This document shows positions 1-8,484 of a stretch of DNA of 35,100 nt, piece by piece; the stretch's first letter is position 1, and each line of letters opens with the position of its first letter. The stretch spans positions 1-35,100 of the forward strand of contig CAXHAT010000077.1 of NCBI GenBank assembly GCA_964014485.1. The letters are read 5' to 3'. The notes under the pieces were generated by a model, which saw only the letters and a program-made list of their open reading frames with translations, was not told where the DNA came from and did no database searches. This DNA is from an uncultured Deferribacteres bacterium. GTDB taxonomy: Bacteria; Zhuqueibacterota; Zhuqueibacteria; Zhuqueibacterales; Geothermadaptataceae. Both the position numbers and the translations under genes were made by a program.

Positions 1-10
1 TGCACGGTCA

Positions 11-37
11 CTGGATTCCTGCCTCCGCAGGAATGAC
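11..37. repeat. GTCATTCC-family palindromic intergenic repeat (dRS3-like); partner arm probably lies before the window start
   Basis: CTGGATTCCTGC-CTCC-GCAGGAATGAC with 8-bp arms ATTCCTGC/GCAGGAAT. The same family occurs as a pair at 31608-31678. Confidence 0.7.
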
Positions 38-114
38 GCGTGAGCAAAGTTTTTAGTCAAATGTCATATCATTGACCAGTTGCGTAAGATCAATAACTAA
101 CCAGATGACGGTCC

Positions 115-798
115 ATGAAACTGGTACTTTTCGATATTGACGGAACGCTCGTGCTAACTGGCGGCGCCGGAAAGCGCAGCATGACGCGAGCGTATCACGA
201 AATCTTCGGGATTGATAACGCGCTCGAAAAAATCAATTTTTCCGGGATGACAGACTTGCTTATTTTTCGTCTGGCGTCGGAGCAGTTTGGGCGTGAATTT
301 TCATTCGAAGCGCATAGAAAATTTAAGGCCGCCTACTTGACGTACCTGGTGGAAGAGATTTTGTTGGAGCATCCTGAAAAACGCCTCCTCCCCGGCGTTG
401 TTGATTTGCTGGAAGCGCTGAAAAAACGCCCTGACGTTACGCTTGGCTTGTTGACGGGGAATTACGCTGAGTCTGCTCAAATTAAACTCGAGCATTTCAA
501 CGTCTTCCATTATTTTTCTTGCGGCGCTTACGGAGACGACCATGAAAATCGCGACCGGCTCGTTCCATTTGCGCTTGAGAGAATACCGCCTAAAAACAAA
601 GCGCCCGAAAGCGCTGACGTTGAAGTTTGGGTGGTCGGCGATACGCCGCGAGATATTGCCTGCGCCCGTCCGCACGGCGCAAAAGCCGTGGCCGTGGCGA
701 CAGGTTTCTACAGTCTGGACGAGCTAAAGTCGCATAGTCCGGATTTCTATTTTGAAAACTTGGACGATACCGGCTCCGTGCTTGAAATCTTCAATTAA
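115..798 (+). CDS. HAD-superfamily hydrolase (phosphoglycolate phosphatase-like)
   Basis: Motif I LFDIDGTL, motif II LLTGN, motif IV VVGDTPRD; 227 aa. Confidence 0.92.
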   Translation: MKLVLFDIDGTLVLTGGAGKRSMTRAYHEIFGIDNALEKINFSGMTDLLIFRLASEQFGREFSFEAHRKFKAAYLTYLVEEILLEHPEKRLLPGVVDLLEALKKRPDVTLGLLTGNYAESAQIKLEHFNVFHYFSCGAYGDDHENRDRLVPFALERIPPKNKAPESADVEVWVVGDTPRDIACARPHGAKAVAVATGFYSLDELKSHSPDFYFENLDDTGSVLEIFN

Positions 799-813
799 CC
801 CTGTCAGGGTTAA
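795..813. repeat. Half/degenerate copy of the CTGACAGGGTT REP-like palindrome
   Basis: TTAACCCTG-T-CAGGGTTAA overlaps the HAD stop codon and shares AACCCTGTCAG with the copies at 6378 and 19575. Confidence 0.6.
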
Positions 814-949
814 AGCCCTATTTCCGAACTCCTGATAACACCGCTGAAATAGTAACTCGAAATCCCCGTCTTTTTCCGCTTCTATCCTGATCTCAACGCC
901 GTCATATTTAACTATTATGCTTGGAATGAATCACCTCAAAAGGAGGACG

Positions 950-3037
950 ATGATGAGAAAAGCTATTGTAGCGAGCTTCTTGGCGGCCTCGGTTTTTCTT
1001 GGCCAGAGTTCTGGAGCGGAAAAATCCGACGTGCTAAAAATTACGGACGCGTTTGAGCTTGAACACGTTCTTGACCCGCAAGTTTCTCCGGACGGCAAGA
1101 AAATAATCTATGTCCGCCAATTTACCGACGTCATGACTGACCGGTATTACTCCAATCTTTGGATCATCGATTCTGACGGCGGTGATCATCGTCCGCTCAC
1201 CACGGGGAAGTTCAACGATACATCGCCGCGTTGGTCGCCGGACGGAAAACGGCTGGCGTTTATCTCCAATCGCGATGGATCAACGCAAATTCATATGCGC
1301 TGGATGGATTCGGGCGAGATGTTTAAGATTTCGAACTTACAGCAATCCCCGAGCGGTTTGGCTTGGTCGCCGAACGGTGAGAAAATCGCTTTCTCCATGT
1401 TCGTGCCCAGCCCGCAAGCTTCAATGATTACCATGCCGCCAAAGCCGAGCGGCGCTGAATGGGCTCCGCCGGCGCGGGAGATCGACAAGACCGTTTACCG
1501 TTTCAACGGGCCGGGTTATTTGCCGGATGGGTTTTCGCATATTTTTGTCATGTCCGACGAAGGCGGCACGGCGCGACAGGTAACGAGCGGAGATTTCCAT
1601 CACGGCGCGGCGCCCTTTTCGCGCGGCGGCGGACAAGCTTCCTGGAGCCATGACGGCAAATCAATCGTCATTACGGCAAATCGGCGGGAAGACGCTGATT
1701 TGGAACCGTTGGATACGGAAGTGTACGAATTCTCGGTTACGACGGGTGAGATGACGCAATTGACGGATCGTCGAGGCCCGGACAACGGCGCAGTGGTTTC
1801 GCCGGACGGTAAATACATCGCTTACACAGGTTACGATGATCGCTATCAAGGCTACCAGGTTACAAAATTATACGTGATGGATCGCGACGGCGGTAATTCG
1901 CGCGAATTGAACTCAGATTTGGATCGCAGCGTTGGCAATCTGCAATGGGGAGAAGACGGCAAGGGCGTTTATTTCCAATATGACAGCGAAGGCAATACAA
2001 AAATCGGATACGCAAATCTCAGCGGCGAACACCGTGAAATCGCCAAAAATCTTGGCAGCCGTTCAAGCGCTTATTCCAGCGGAGATTATGACATCGGCGC
2101 CGGCGGTCTTTTTGCATTTACATACGGCAGGCCAAGCGTGCCGTCGGATTTGGCGGTTGGGAATGTGAAAAATACCGCCGTCCGAGTTCTTACACATGTC
2201 AATGAAGATTTGTTCGGCCACAAAACGCTGGGCGCGGTTGAAGAAATCTGGTATGAATCGTCGCATGACGGCAAAAAAATCCAGGGCTGGATCATTAAGC
2301 CGCCGAATTTTGACCCTGCTGAAAAGTATCCGCTTATCATCGAAATTCATGGCGGGCCGTTTCTGAATTACGGCGACCGTTACGATTTTGAGAAGCAGTT
2401 CATGGCTTCAAAAGGATATGTTGTGCTTTATGTCAATCCGCGAGGCAGCACGAGCTACGGCGGGGAGTTCGGAAACTTGATTCATCACGCTTATCCCGGC
2501 GATGATTTCTACGATTTGAATTCCGGCGTGGATGCTGTGATCGCGAAGGGCTACATTGACGAAGAGAATCTTTTTGTCACGGGCGGCAGTGGCGGCGGCG
2601 TTTTGACGTGCTGGATGATCGGGCGCACGGATCGTTTTCGTGCGGCGGTCACGGTTTACCCGGTGATCAACTGGTACAGCTTTGTGCTCACCGCGGATAT
2701 TTCCGCTTTCGTCGCCAAGTATTGGTTTCCGGGAATGCCCTGGGACAATGTTGAGCATTATGAAAAGCGTTCATTACTTTCCGTGGTCAAAAACGTAAAA
2801 ACGCCGACGATGGTTTTGACCGGCGAGGCCGATTACCGCACGCCGATGTCCGAGTCTGAGCAATATTATCAAGCCTTGAAACTTTTGGGCGTCGAGTCGA
2901 CGCTTGTGCGCGTCCCGGACGAACCGCACGGCATTCGGCGGCATCCGAGCCACTGGGTCGGCAAAATGCTTTACATCACGGAGTGGTTTGAAAAATATCG
3001 CGTCGGCAAAAATCTTCAGACTTCGAATGAGCGTTGA
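950..3037 (+). CDS. S9 family serine peptidase (acylaminoacyl/dipeptidyl peptidase-like) with N-terminal beta-propeller and signal peptide
   Basis: PD40-type WSPDG repeats, IHGGP, nucleophile GGSGGG, GEADYR Asp and EPHG His. AGGAGG at 941-946 favours ATG 950/953 over the ORF-track start at 917. Confidence 0.93.
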   Translation: MMRKAIVASFLAASVFLGQSSGAEKSDVLKITDAFELEHVLDPQVSPDGKKIIYVRQFTDVMTDRYYSNLWIIDSDGGDHRPLTTGKFNDTSPRWSPDGKRLAFISNRDGSTQIHMRWMDSGEMFKISNLQQSPSGLAWSPNGEKIAFSMFVPSPQASMITMPPKPSGAEWAPPAREIDKTVYRFNGPGYLPDGFSHIFVMSDEGGTARQVTSGDFHHGAAPFSRGGGQASWSHDGKSIVITANRREDADLEPLDTEVYEFSVTTGEMTQLTDRRGPDNGAVVSPDGKYIAYTGYDDRYQGYQVTKLYVMDRDGGNSRELNSDLDRSVGNLQWGEDGKGVYFQYDSEGNTKIGYANLSGEHREIAKNLGSRSSAYSSGDYDIGAGGLFAFTYGRPSVPSDLAVGNVKNTAVRVLTHVNEDLFGHKTLGAVEEIWYESSHDGKKIQGWIIKPPNFDPAEKYPLIIEIHGGPFLNYGDRYDFEKQFMASKGYVVLYVNPRGSTSYGGEFGNLIHHAYPGDDFYDLNSGVDAVIAKGYIDEENLFVTGGSGGGVLTCWMIGRTDRFRAAVTVYPVINWYSFVLTADISAFVAKYWFPGMPWDNVEHYEKRSLLSVVKNVKTPTMVLTGEADYRTPMSESEQYYQALKLLGVESTLVRVPDEPHGIRRHPSHWVGKMLYITEWFEKYRVGKNLQTSNER

Positions 3038-3046
3038 AGACTTGTT

Positions 3047-3079
3047 AACCTTGACAGGGTTCCGAATCCTGTCAAGGTT
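3047..3079. repeat. 33-bp REP-like palindrome
   Basis: AACCTTGACAGGGTT-CCG-AATCCTGTCAAGGTT; 15-bp arms with one G-T pair. Confidence 0.85.
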
Positions 3080-3296
3080 GTCTGGGCCGTGGTGAAACGG
3101 GGGTTTAAACCGCCATCTCAAAATTGCTGCATTCTCCAGGTACAGCCCGCATTTTTCTCCCGACTTACATAATTGAACTTACGCACAACCCGACAAAAAA
3201 TGTATTCATATAGCAATATAGTCTCGTTTTCCCGCGAGACGCTTTAAGGACAAAGAATCAATGGATTGAGCAACTAGGGTAACGCATCTAAAGGCA

Positions 3297-6200
3297 ATGA
3301 CGACCACAATAAATGAGACCATCCAAGAAGCACAAGCGGCGATAGAGAACAAGGATTTCGAAAAGGGGAGGGCGTTGCTAACGCAAGCTCTCCAGGATTC
3401 GCCGAACGATCAAGTCATCAATAAGTACGCATTGTACTACCTCTCTTTTATTTCTGACAGTTACGAAGCTTGTTTCGATTACGGTCAGAAATTCCTCGCC
3501 GAAATAGAAGCCGCCGAGCATTTACGCGAACGCGAAGTTGTTGAAGAGCGGCTGACAAAGATTACGCCCAAATTGATCGAGTACGCTCGCGATCTTCCTG
3601 ATAAGGAAAAGGCGAAAGAAATCTTGCAAAAAATCGTTGCTTCAGGCCGCTCCAACGGCGCTGCGGCGCAGGCGCTTTCCGCTCTGAAACCGTCGGCTCC
3701 AAAAGCAGAGCCTAAAAAGGCAAAGTCTTCAAAAAAGACGCCCCGGCCGGTAGCGCCGCCTTTGCAAAAAAAGCGCGTTTCCGAGAAGAGCGAAAAACCG
3801 GCAAAGCCGCAGAAGAACAAGGGCGCCAAAGGTATAAATTTGTTGCAAGACCTCAAAAAAACGCCTGAAAAATCAGAAGTTCCGCATAACGATTCCTGGA
3901 CGACGTTCTTCAAATCCGCCGAGCAACTGACAAAAACATTCAACGGTTATGTCGATGAGTTAATTCAGATCTGCGAAGAAGAAAGCGCGGTTTCTCAGAA
4001 GAAAACCAAAAGTTTGCAGTACGCGAAAGAAATGCGTGAGCAATGGGAGCCGGAACTGCCTTCGAAAATCTTCCTCGCTCCAGCCGTCAGAACGGCAGTC
4101 GATATTATTAAACTCTTGTTTAAAGATAACAAATTTAAGGAAGCGTTTTATTTTTCCAATGTTTTCGCTGAGATGGGCAAAGCGCTTGTTTCACAAAATC
4201 AGGAGCGCTACCAGAAAACTTTTCGGCAATTGGTTAAATTCGCAGCCAGATCGTATGTCGGCGAACGCCTCAATGAGAATGCAGCCAATAACAGTGTTTT
4301 CTTGAGTGTTAGCTTGTCCAATCTTGCTCAAGATTTACGCACGAATTGCATGGACGGGGCTTTGGGCGTTTATTTTGACAATGAGGGTCAAGAGTTCAAA
4401 GCAAATCCGGAGCCTGACCAGGATTTGGCCGCCGCCATTATGAGCGACGCGCTGCAGTGGGGAACGGATTGTTTTCTCCAGCGTCTTTTGGACGAAGCGC
4501 CGGAAGAAGTAGAGAATTTCATCCGCGACAATTTGGGTGAGTTGAAACGGTTTGCGGACGTTGAAGCCTGGGCGCAGAAGTGGCTTCGTTCGGTAAAAGA
4601 CGAAAGCGTGACGGCCGCCTTGCAAGAGTTAATCCCTTCCGACGACAAACGTGAACCGAAGCCAAAAACTAACGTCCGCGCTGAATTGAAGCAAGCCGCC
4701 GAGAATCGCGATTTTGACGCGGCGGCTGCATTGCTGGAAGATGAAGTCGATTTGGTTGTTAAAAACCTTCAGCAAAGATCGAAAGAACGCTTTGTTTACA
4801 AACGGCCTCAGCAGCCGAGATTTCGCGACTTTAATCTTTACAAAGCATTCGAAACGCTAACGCAAAACCTGGATTTTGATTTAGCCGGACGAGCCGAGTA
4901 TACCGCAGCGATTGAGAAGGCCAAAGACATATGGCTCGCGGAAATCGAGAATTTGGATATTCAGGAGTGGATCGCGTATTTTTATATCAGAGTGGACGGT
5001 TTGGTCGCGGCTGAAAGAATGCTCGAACTGCTCAAAAACCGCCGCAAGAATACGCGCAAAAAACTATTCGCATATTGGAACCTTGCGGTCATCCAGTTTC
5101 GCAAAGGCGATCTCAAAGGCGCTTACAAGAACCTTCATTCACTTCTTCTTTCCGGGGCGAGCAGCGAAGAACTTTCGAGCGTGCTTCTTTCCATGGCCCA
5201 CAAGCTTAAGAAACGCAATGATTTCTTGAAAATCGTTCAGCGCAGCCTGAATGATGAACTTTTGCCGCTCTCGTTTAAAATCGCCCATGATTACGGCGAC
5301 AGTCTTTTGCAAGAGCATTTCTTAAATCGAATATTGAAAAATCCCGGCTGGCAATTGCCGGATTATCGCGAAACGCTGAACGACATTTCTTTGAAAAAGA
5401 CCGTCAACAAGGCTGTCATCGAAGGACACGTCGATCAACTTGTCACCTGGCTAAAAGACAGGATCAAACTTTCGCCCGGCTATGTGCCGAATTACAATGA
5501 ATTAAGCCGCGTGCTGGAATACCATTGCATGGATATTGAAGGGGCGTATTATACGCTTCGCGTGGTGGCGCAAAAGACTTCGGACGCCGACGGTGAAAGA
5601 ACGCGCGCAAAACAACGCATGGTGGACAGCGTTTGTCGAGAACTGCTTAACTTTTGCCGTCGCAATGAGCGGCCAGACTTGGGTAAACGAGCTTACAAGC
5701 TGGTCCGCAGCGCGAATGTTAGCCCGGATTTGCTGCGACCGTTTGAAGATTACGCTTCGGCTTCGGACGTTCGGATGAGTGATACGGCCGAGATTCATGC
5801 GATCACGAAGACAGAGGACGGCAAGTGCGGGATTTTCATCGATCACGAGAATTTGGTGAAGTGCCTGCATCGCGTTAATACAGATCGCGGCTACAGCTAT
5901 CCGAAATATCAAGACAAAACACAGTGGTTGTCGGAAATCATTCGATCGTTGATCGATGAAACCGAGCGTCGCATCAAACGTCCGGCTTACCGCGTTGCCG
6001 TCGCTTTTTGGCGGCGAAAAACCGAAGCGGATTATGGCGTTGCGTATTCGATGCATGATTTTGTTCTGCGCCAGCCTGAAGATATTAAGCAAGGCAACGC
6101 CGTTGATTTTAAGGTTGCCGACGAAGTTCGTCGTGCGCAATTGCATGCTCTGAGTGAAAAAACAAAACTCACGGATGTGATTATCGTTTCCGGTGACGGG

Positions 6201-6344
6201 GACTTTGCGCATATGGCGCGCAACCTCGTACATGAGGGTGTTAACGTGCAAATTTGGGGCGGCAGCAAAGATACGAGCCAACATTACGCGGACATCGTTG
6301 GCGCCGGCAATATTATCTCAATTGACGACGTTTGCGGTTTGTAG
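3297..6344 (+). CDS. Large helical/TPR-like repeat protein with C-terminal NYN (LabA/DUF88 PIN-fold) nuclease domain
   Basis: The C-terminal ~170 aa carry IFIDHEN, GNAVDFKV, IIVSGDGDF and GVNVQIWG, typical NYN acidic motifs. TPR-like segments occur at the N-terminus and mid-protein (AYWNLAVIQFRKGDLKGAYKNL), with a Lys/Pro-rich linker. Confidence 0.8.
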   Translation: MTTTINETIQEAQAAIENKDFEKGRALLTQALQDSPNDQVINKYALYYLSFISDSYEACFDYGQKFLAEIEAAEHLREREVVEERLTKITPKLIEYARDLPDKEKAKEILQKIVASGRSNGAAAQALSALKPSAPKAEPKKAKSSKKTPRPVAPPLQKKRVSEKSEKPAKPQKNKGAKGINLLQDLKKTPEKSEVPHNDSWTTFFKSAEQLTKTFNGYVDELIQICEEESAVSQKKTKSLQYAKEMREQWEPELPSKIFLAPAVRTAVDIIKLLFKDNKFKEAFYFSNVFAEMGKALVSQNQERYQKTFRQLVKFAARSYVGERLNENAANNSVFLSVSLSNLAQDLRTNCMDGALGVYFDNEGQEFKANPEPDQDLAAAIMSDALQWGTDCFLQRLLDEAPEEVENFIRDNLGELKRFADVEAWAQKWLRSVKDESVTAALQELIPSDDKREPKPKTNVRAELKQAAENRDFDAAAALLEDEVDLVVKNLQQRSKERFVYKRPQQPRFRDFNLYKAFETLTQNLDFDLAGRAEYTAAIEKAKDIWLAEIENLDIQEWIAYFYIRVDGLVAAERMLELLKNRRKNTRKKLFAYWNLAVIQFRKGDLKGAYKNLHSLLLSGASSEELSSVLLSMAHKLKKRNDFLKIVQRSLNDELLPLSFKIAHDYGDSLLQEHFLNRILKNPGWQLPDYRETLNDISLKKTVNKAVIEGHVDQLVTWLKDRIKLSPGYVPNYNELSRVLEYHCMDIEGAYYTLRVVAQKTSDADGERTRAKQRMVDSVCRELLNFCRRNERPDLGKRAYKLVRSANVSPDLLRPFEDYASASDVRMSDTAEIHAITKTEDGKCGIFIDHENLVKCLHRVNTDRGYSYPKYQDKTQWLSEIIRSLIDETERRIKRPAYRVAVAFWRRKTEADYGVAYSMHDFVLRQPEDIKQGNAVDFKVADEVRRAQLHALSEKTKLTDVIIVSGDGDFAHMARNLVHEGVNVQIWGGSKDTSQHYADIVGAGNIISIDDVCGL

Positions 6345-6377
6345 AGATAATCAGACAACTTGCACCAACTAATTTTT

Positions 6378-6410
6378 AACTCTGACAGGGTTCTGAACCC
6401 TGTCAGAGTT
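6378..6410. repeat. 33-bp REP-like palindrome
   Basis: AACTCTGACAGGGTT-CTG-AACCCTGTCAGAGTT; perfect 15-bp arms. Confidence 0.88.
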
Positions 6411-6723
6411 TTGTCGCCTGTAGATTCCAAATCAAACACAGAAGCGTTTGACTCCCGGCGAGTTGCTTCTTGATCAAGCCCGCAAGCGCTGTGTGAAAGC
6501 GAACAAGCCCGCCTTCTTGTTTTAAACCCGCCAAAACTTAATCATCGACTCCGAATTGCCCAAAACGACTGAATGCCTTTGCGCTTCCGGGTTCAAATTC
6601 CTCAAAACGAATAAAAATCGTCATATGATTTCTCCGTGATAATTTTGTGATCTTCAAAATGTATATAAGATTGCCGCCGGAAAAATCACTGATTGGTTTA
6701 ATTGTATCGTAAGGAGGAGCCTG

Positions 6724-8052
6724 ATGAAAAGGATCACCTTGTACCTGCTTTCCCTCTCCCTAATCGCAGCTTTAGCCGGCTGTGAAAACCCGACGCCCGT
6801 CGCTAACTCAAACGATGAAGCGGAATTGGCCGCTTCCGCCGATGCTGTGACGCTGACAAAAGCAAGCTCAACGGTTATGTTTGAAGTGACATTGAAAAAC
6901 CTGGCCCCGGCAACTGCTCCCGGCGCCAGCCAGATTTTCTCTCCCGCCGTTCTCGCCACGCATGACGATGATTTTCACATTTTCGAAGTCGGGGGCTACG
7001 CGTCCAGAGGTTTGTCGCAAGTTGCTGAAGACGCCGTCAACGGCCCAATGGTCGATTTTCTGAGCAATTCGGATGATGTTTATGATGTTGTTGAAGGCGA
7101 CGGCGTGGTTCCGCCAGGCGCTTACGGCAAGTTTTACATCGACGCTAATGCCGACGCAAAGTATTTTTCTTTGGTCTCGATGTTGGTCAATACCAATGAC
7201 GGCTTTGTCGGCGCCAATGCGATTAAGCTCCCGAATCGCGGCGAAGCGACTTATTACCTGAACACCTATGATGCAGGCACGGAGAAAAATACGGAACTGC
7301 ACGCTCATATTCCTGGCCCGTGCTGCGGCAGCGGCGGCGTTCGCGTCCCAACGCGTGAAAGAATTAAGCGCCACGCAGGCATTACCGGCGTCGGCGACCT
7401 TGACCCCGCCGTTTATGACTGGGAAGATCCTGTTGCGAAGCTGACGATTCGCAGAATCAACCCAACATATGAAGTGAAAATTGAAAATATGACTCCGGCG
7501 ACTGGTCCCGGCGCCAGTCAGCCAATGTCGCCGCCGGTGCTCGCCACGCATCGCGAGGGTTATCACATGTTTCAAGTTGGGAAAAAAGCTTCTTATGAAC
7601 TGGCGCAAATTGCACAAGACGCAATTAACGGCCCGATGGTAGACAGGTTGAGCAGTTCTCGCGATGTGTTTAGTGTAACGGAAGGCGGCGGCGTGATTCT
7701 CCCCGGCGGTTACGACAGTTTTAAGATTGAAGCCAGATCGCGCTTCACGCGCTTGTCTCTGGCGACAATGCTCGTGAACACCAACGACGCATTCGCCGGT
7801 CTCGACGGTTTGAAGCTGCCGCGTTACGGTTCGACAACGGTTTACGGCAGCGCCTACGATGCAGGCTCGGAAAAGAATACCGAACTGCGCTCCGACATTC
7901 CCGGCCCCTGTTGCGGCAGCCCTGGAAACGGCACTTCAACAAGTGAAAAAATCGCACATCACCCAGGCATTCTCGGCGTCGGCGACCTGTCCGTCGCGAC
8001 TTATAACTGGGACGATCCGGTTGTCAAAATCACGATAACGCGGGTCAAGTAG
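6724..8052 (+). CDS. Lipoprotein with two tandem Spondin_N-like domains
   Basis: Lipobox LAGC and RBS AAGGAGG. Duplicated motifs: SP.VLATH, MLVNTND.F.G, YDAG.EKNTE, IPGPCCG, YxWxDPV. Units start at about 6880 and 7468. Confidence 0.85.
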   Translation: MKRITLYLLSLSLIAALAGCENPTPVANSNDEAELAASADAVTLTKASSTVMFEVTLKNLAPATAPGASQIFSPAVLATHDDDFHIFEVGGYASRGLSQVAEDAVNGPMVDFLSNSDDVYDVVEGDGVVPPGAYGKFYIDANADAKYFSLVSMLVNTNDGFVGANAIKLPNRGEATYYLNTYDAGTEKNTELHAHIPGPCCGSGGVRVPTRERIKRHAGITGVGDLDPAVYDWEDPVAKLTIRRINPTYEVKIENMTPATGPGASQPMSPPVLATHREGYHMFQVGKKASYELAQIAQDAINGPMVDRLSSSRDVFSVTEGGGVILPGGYDSFKIEARSRFTRLSLATMLVNTNDAFAGLDGLKLPRYGSTTVYGSAYDAGSEKNTELRSDIPGPCCGSPGNGTSTSEKIAHHPGILGVGDLSVATYNWDDPVVKITITRVK

Positions 8053-8060
8053 GCTTATAA

Positions 8061-8096
8061 ACAAAAAGGCGGTAAATTACTTTACCGCCTTTTTGT
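8061..8096. terminator. Bidirectional intrinsic terminator
   Basis: ACAAAAAGGCGGTAAA-TTAC-TTTACCGCCTTTTTGT between convergent genes, with A/T tails on both sides. Confidence 0.88.
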
Positions 8097-8124
8097 CTGA
8101 TTCTCAAATTGCTGAGATAAAAAC

Positions 8125-8469
8125 TTATTCGTCTAATTCGGGGGGGTCAGAGTTTTTACCAGTAAGATTGAAAAGGCCTTTATATGCACCGCCAGTGACT
8201 CCAGCCCCAGCCGCACCGGCTCCAGCCGCTTGGCCGCCTTGTTCTGCGGACTGTGCTAACATAACAAACATTTCATCAACCGGCCCCAACGCTTGCCCGT
8301 CCATGCCGAGAAAATACGAGATGAGTTTGCCGATCAACTCCCAGACTACGTAAGCGGCTAATCCGCCTAATAATCCGCTGATTGTAAGCAGTTTTACATC
8401 TAGTACATAGTCGAGCCACCGCGCTTGCAGCGTTTTGCCTTCGCGTCTTTCTTGAGAAGCCTTTGCCAT
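8125..8469 (-). CDS. Small hypothetical membrane protein with Gly-zipper-like TM and Gly/Ala-rich segment; last gene of the sigma/CHAT cassette
   Basis: Strong RBS (AGGAGGG) before the ATG, 15 bp after the CHAT stop. Contains hydrophobic LLTISGLLGGLAAYVVWELIG and GGQAAGAGAAGAGVTGGAY, and is followed by a terminator. Confidence 0.72.
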   Translation of the reverse strand: MAKASQERREGKTLQARWLDYVLDVKLLTISGLLGGLAAYVVWELIGKLISYFLGMDGQALGPVDEMFVMLAQSAEQGGQAAGAGAAGAGVTGGAYKGLFNLTGKNSDPPELDE

Positions 8470-8484
8470 GACACCCTCCTAAAT

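Noticed and set aside
81..3185. TGCGTAAGATCAA (81-93) and TTGAACTTACGCA (3173-3185), a 12/13 inverted match around the HAD and S9 genes
   Set aside because: Too short to call a composite element: no transposase or target duplication, and the enclosed genes look like ordinary housekeeping genes. They may be ends of separate small repeats.
5502..7617. Minus-strand ORFs 5502..6284 and 6868..7617
   Set aside because: They are antisense shadows of the NYN and spondin genes with no motifs.
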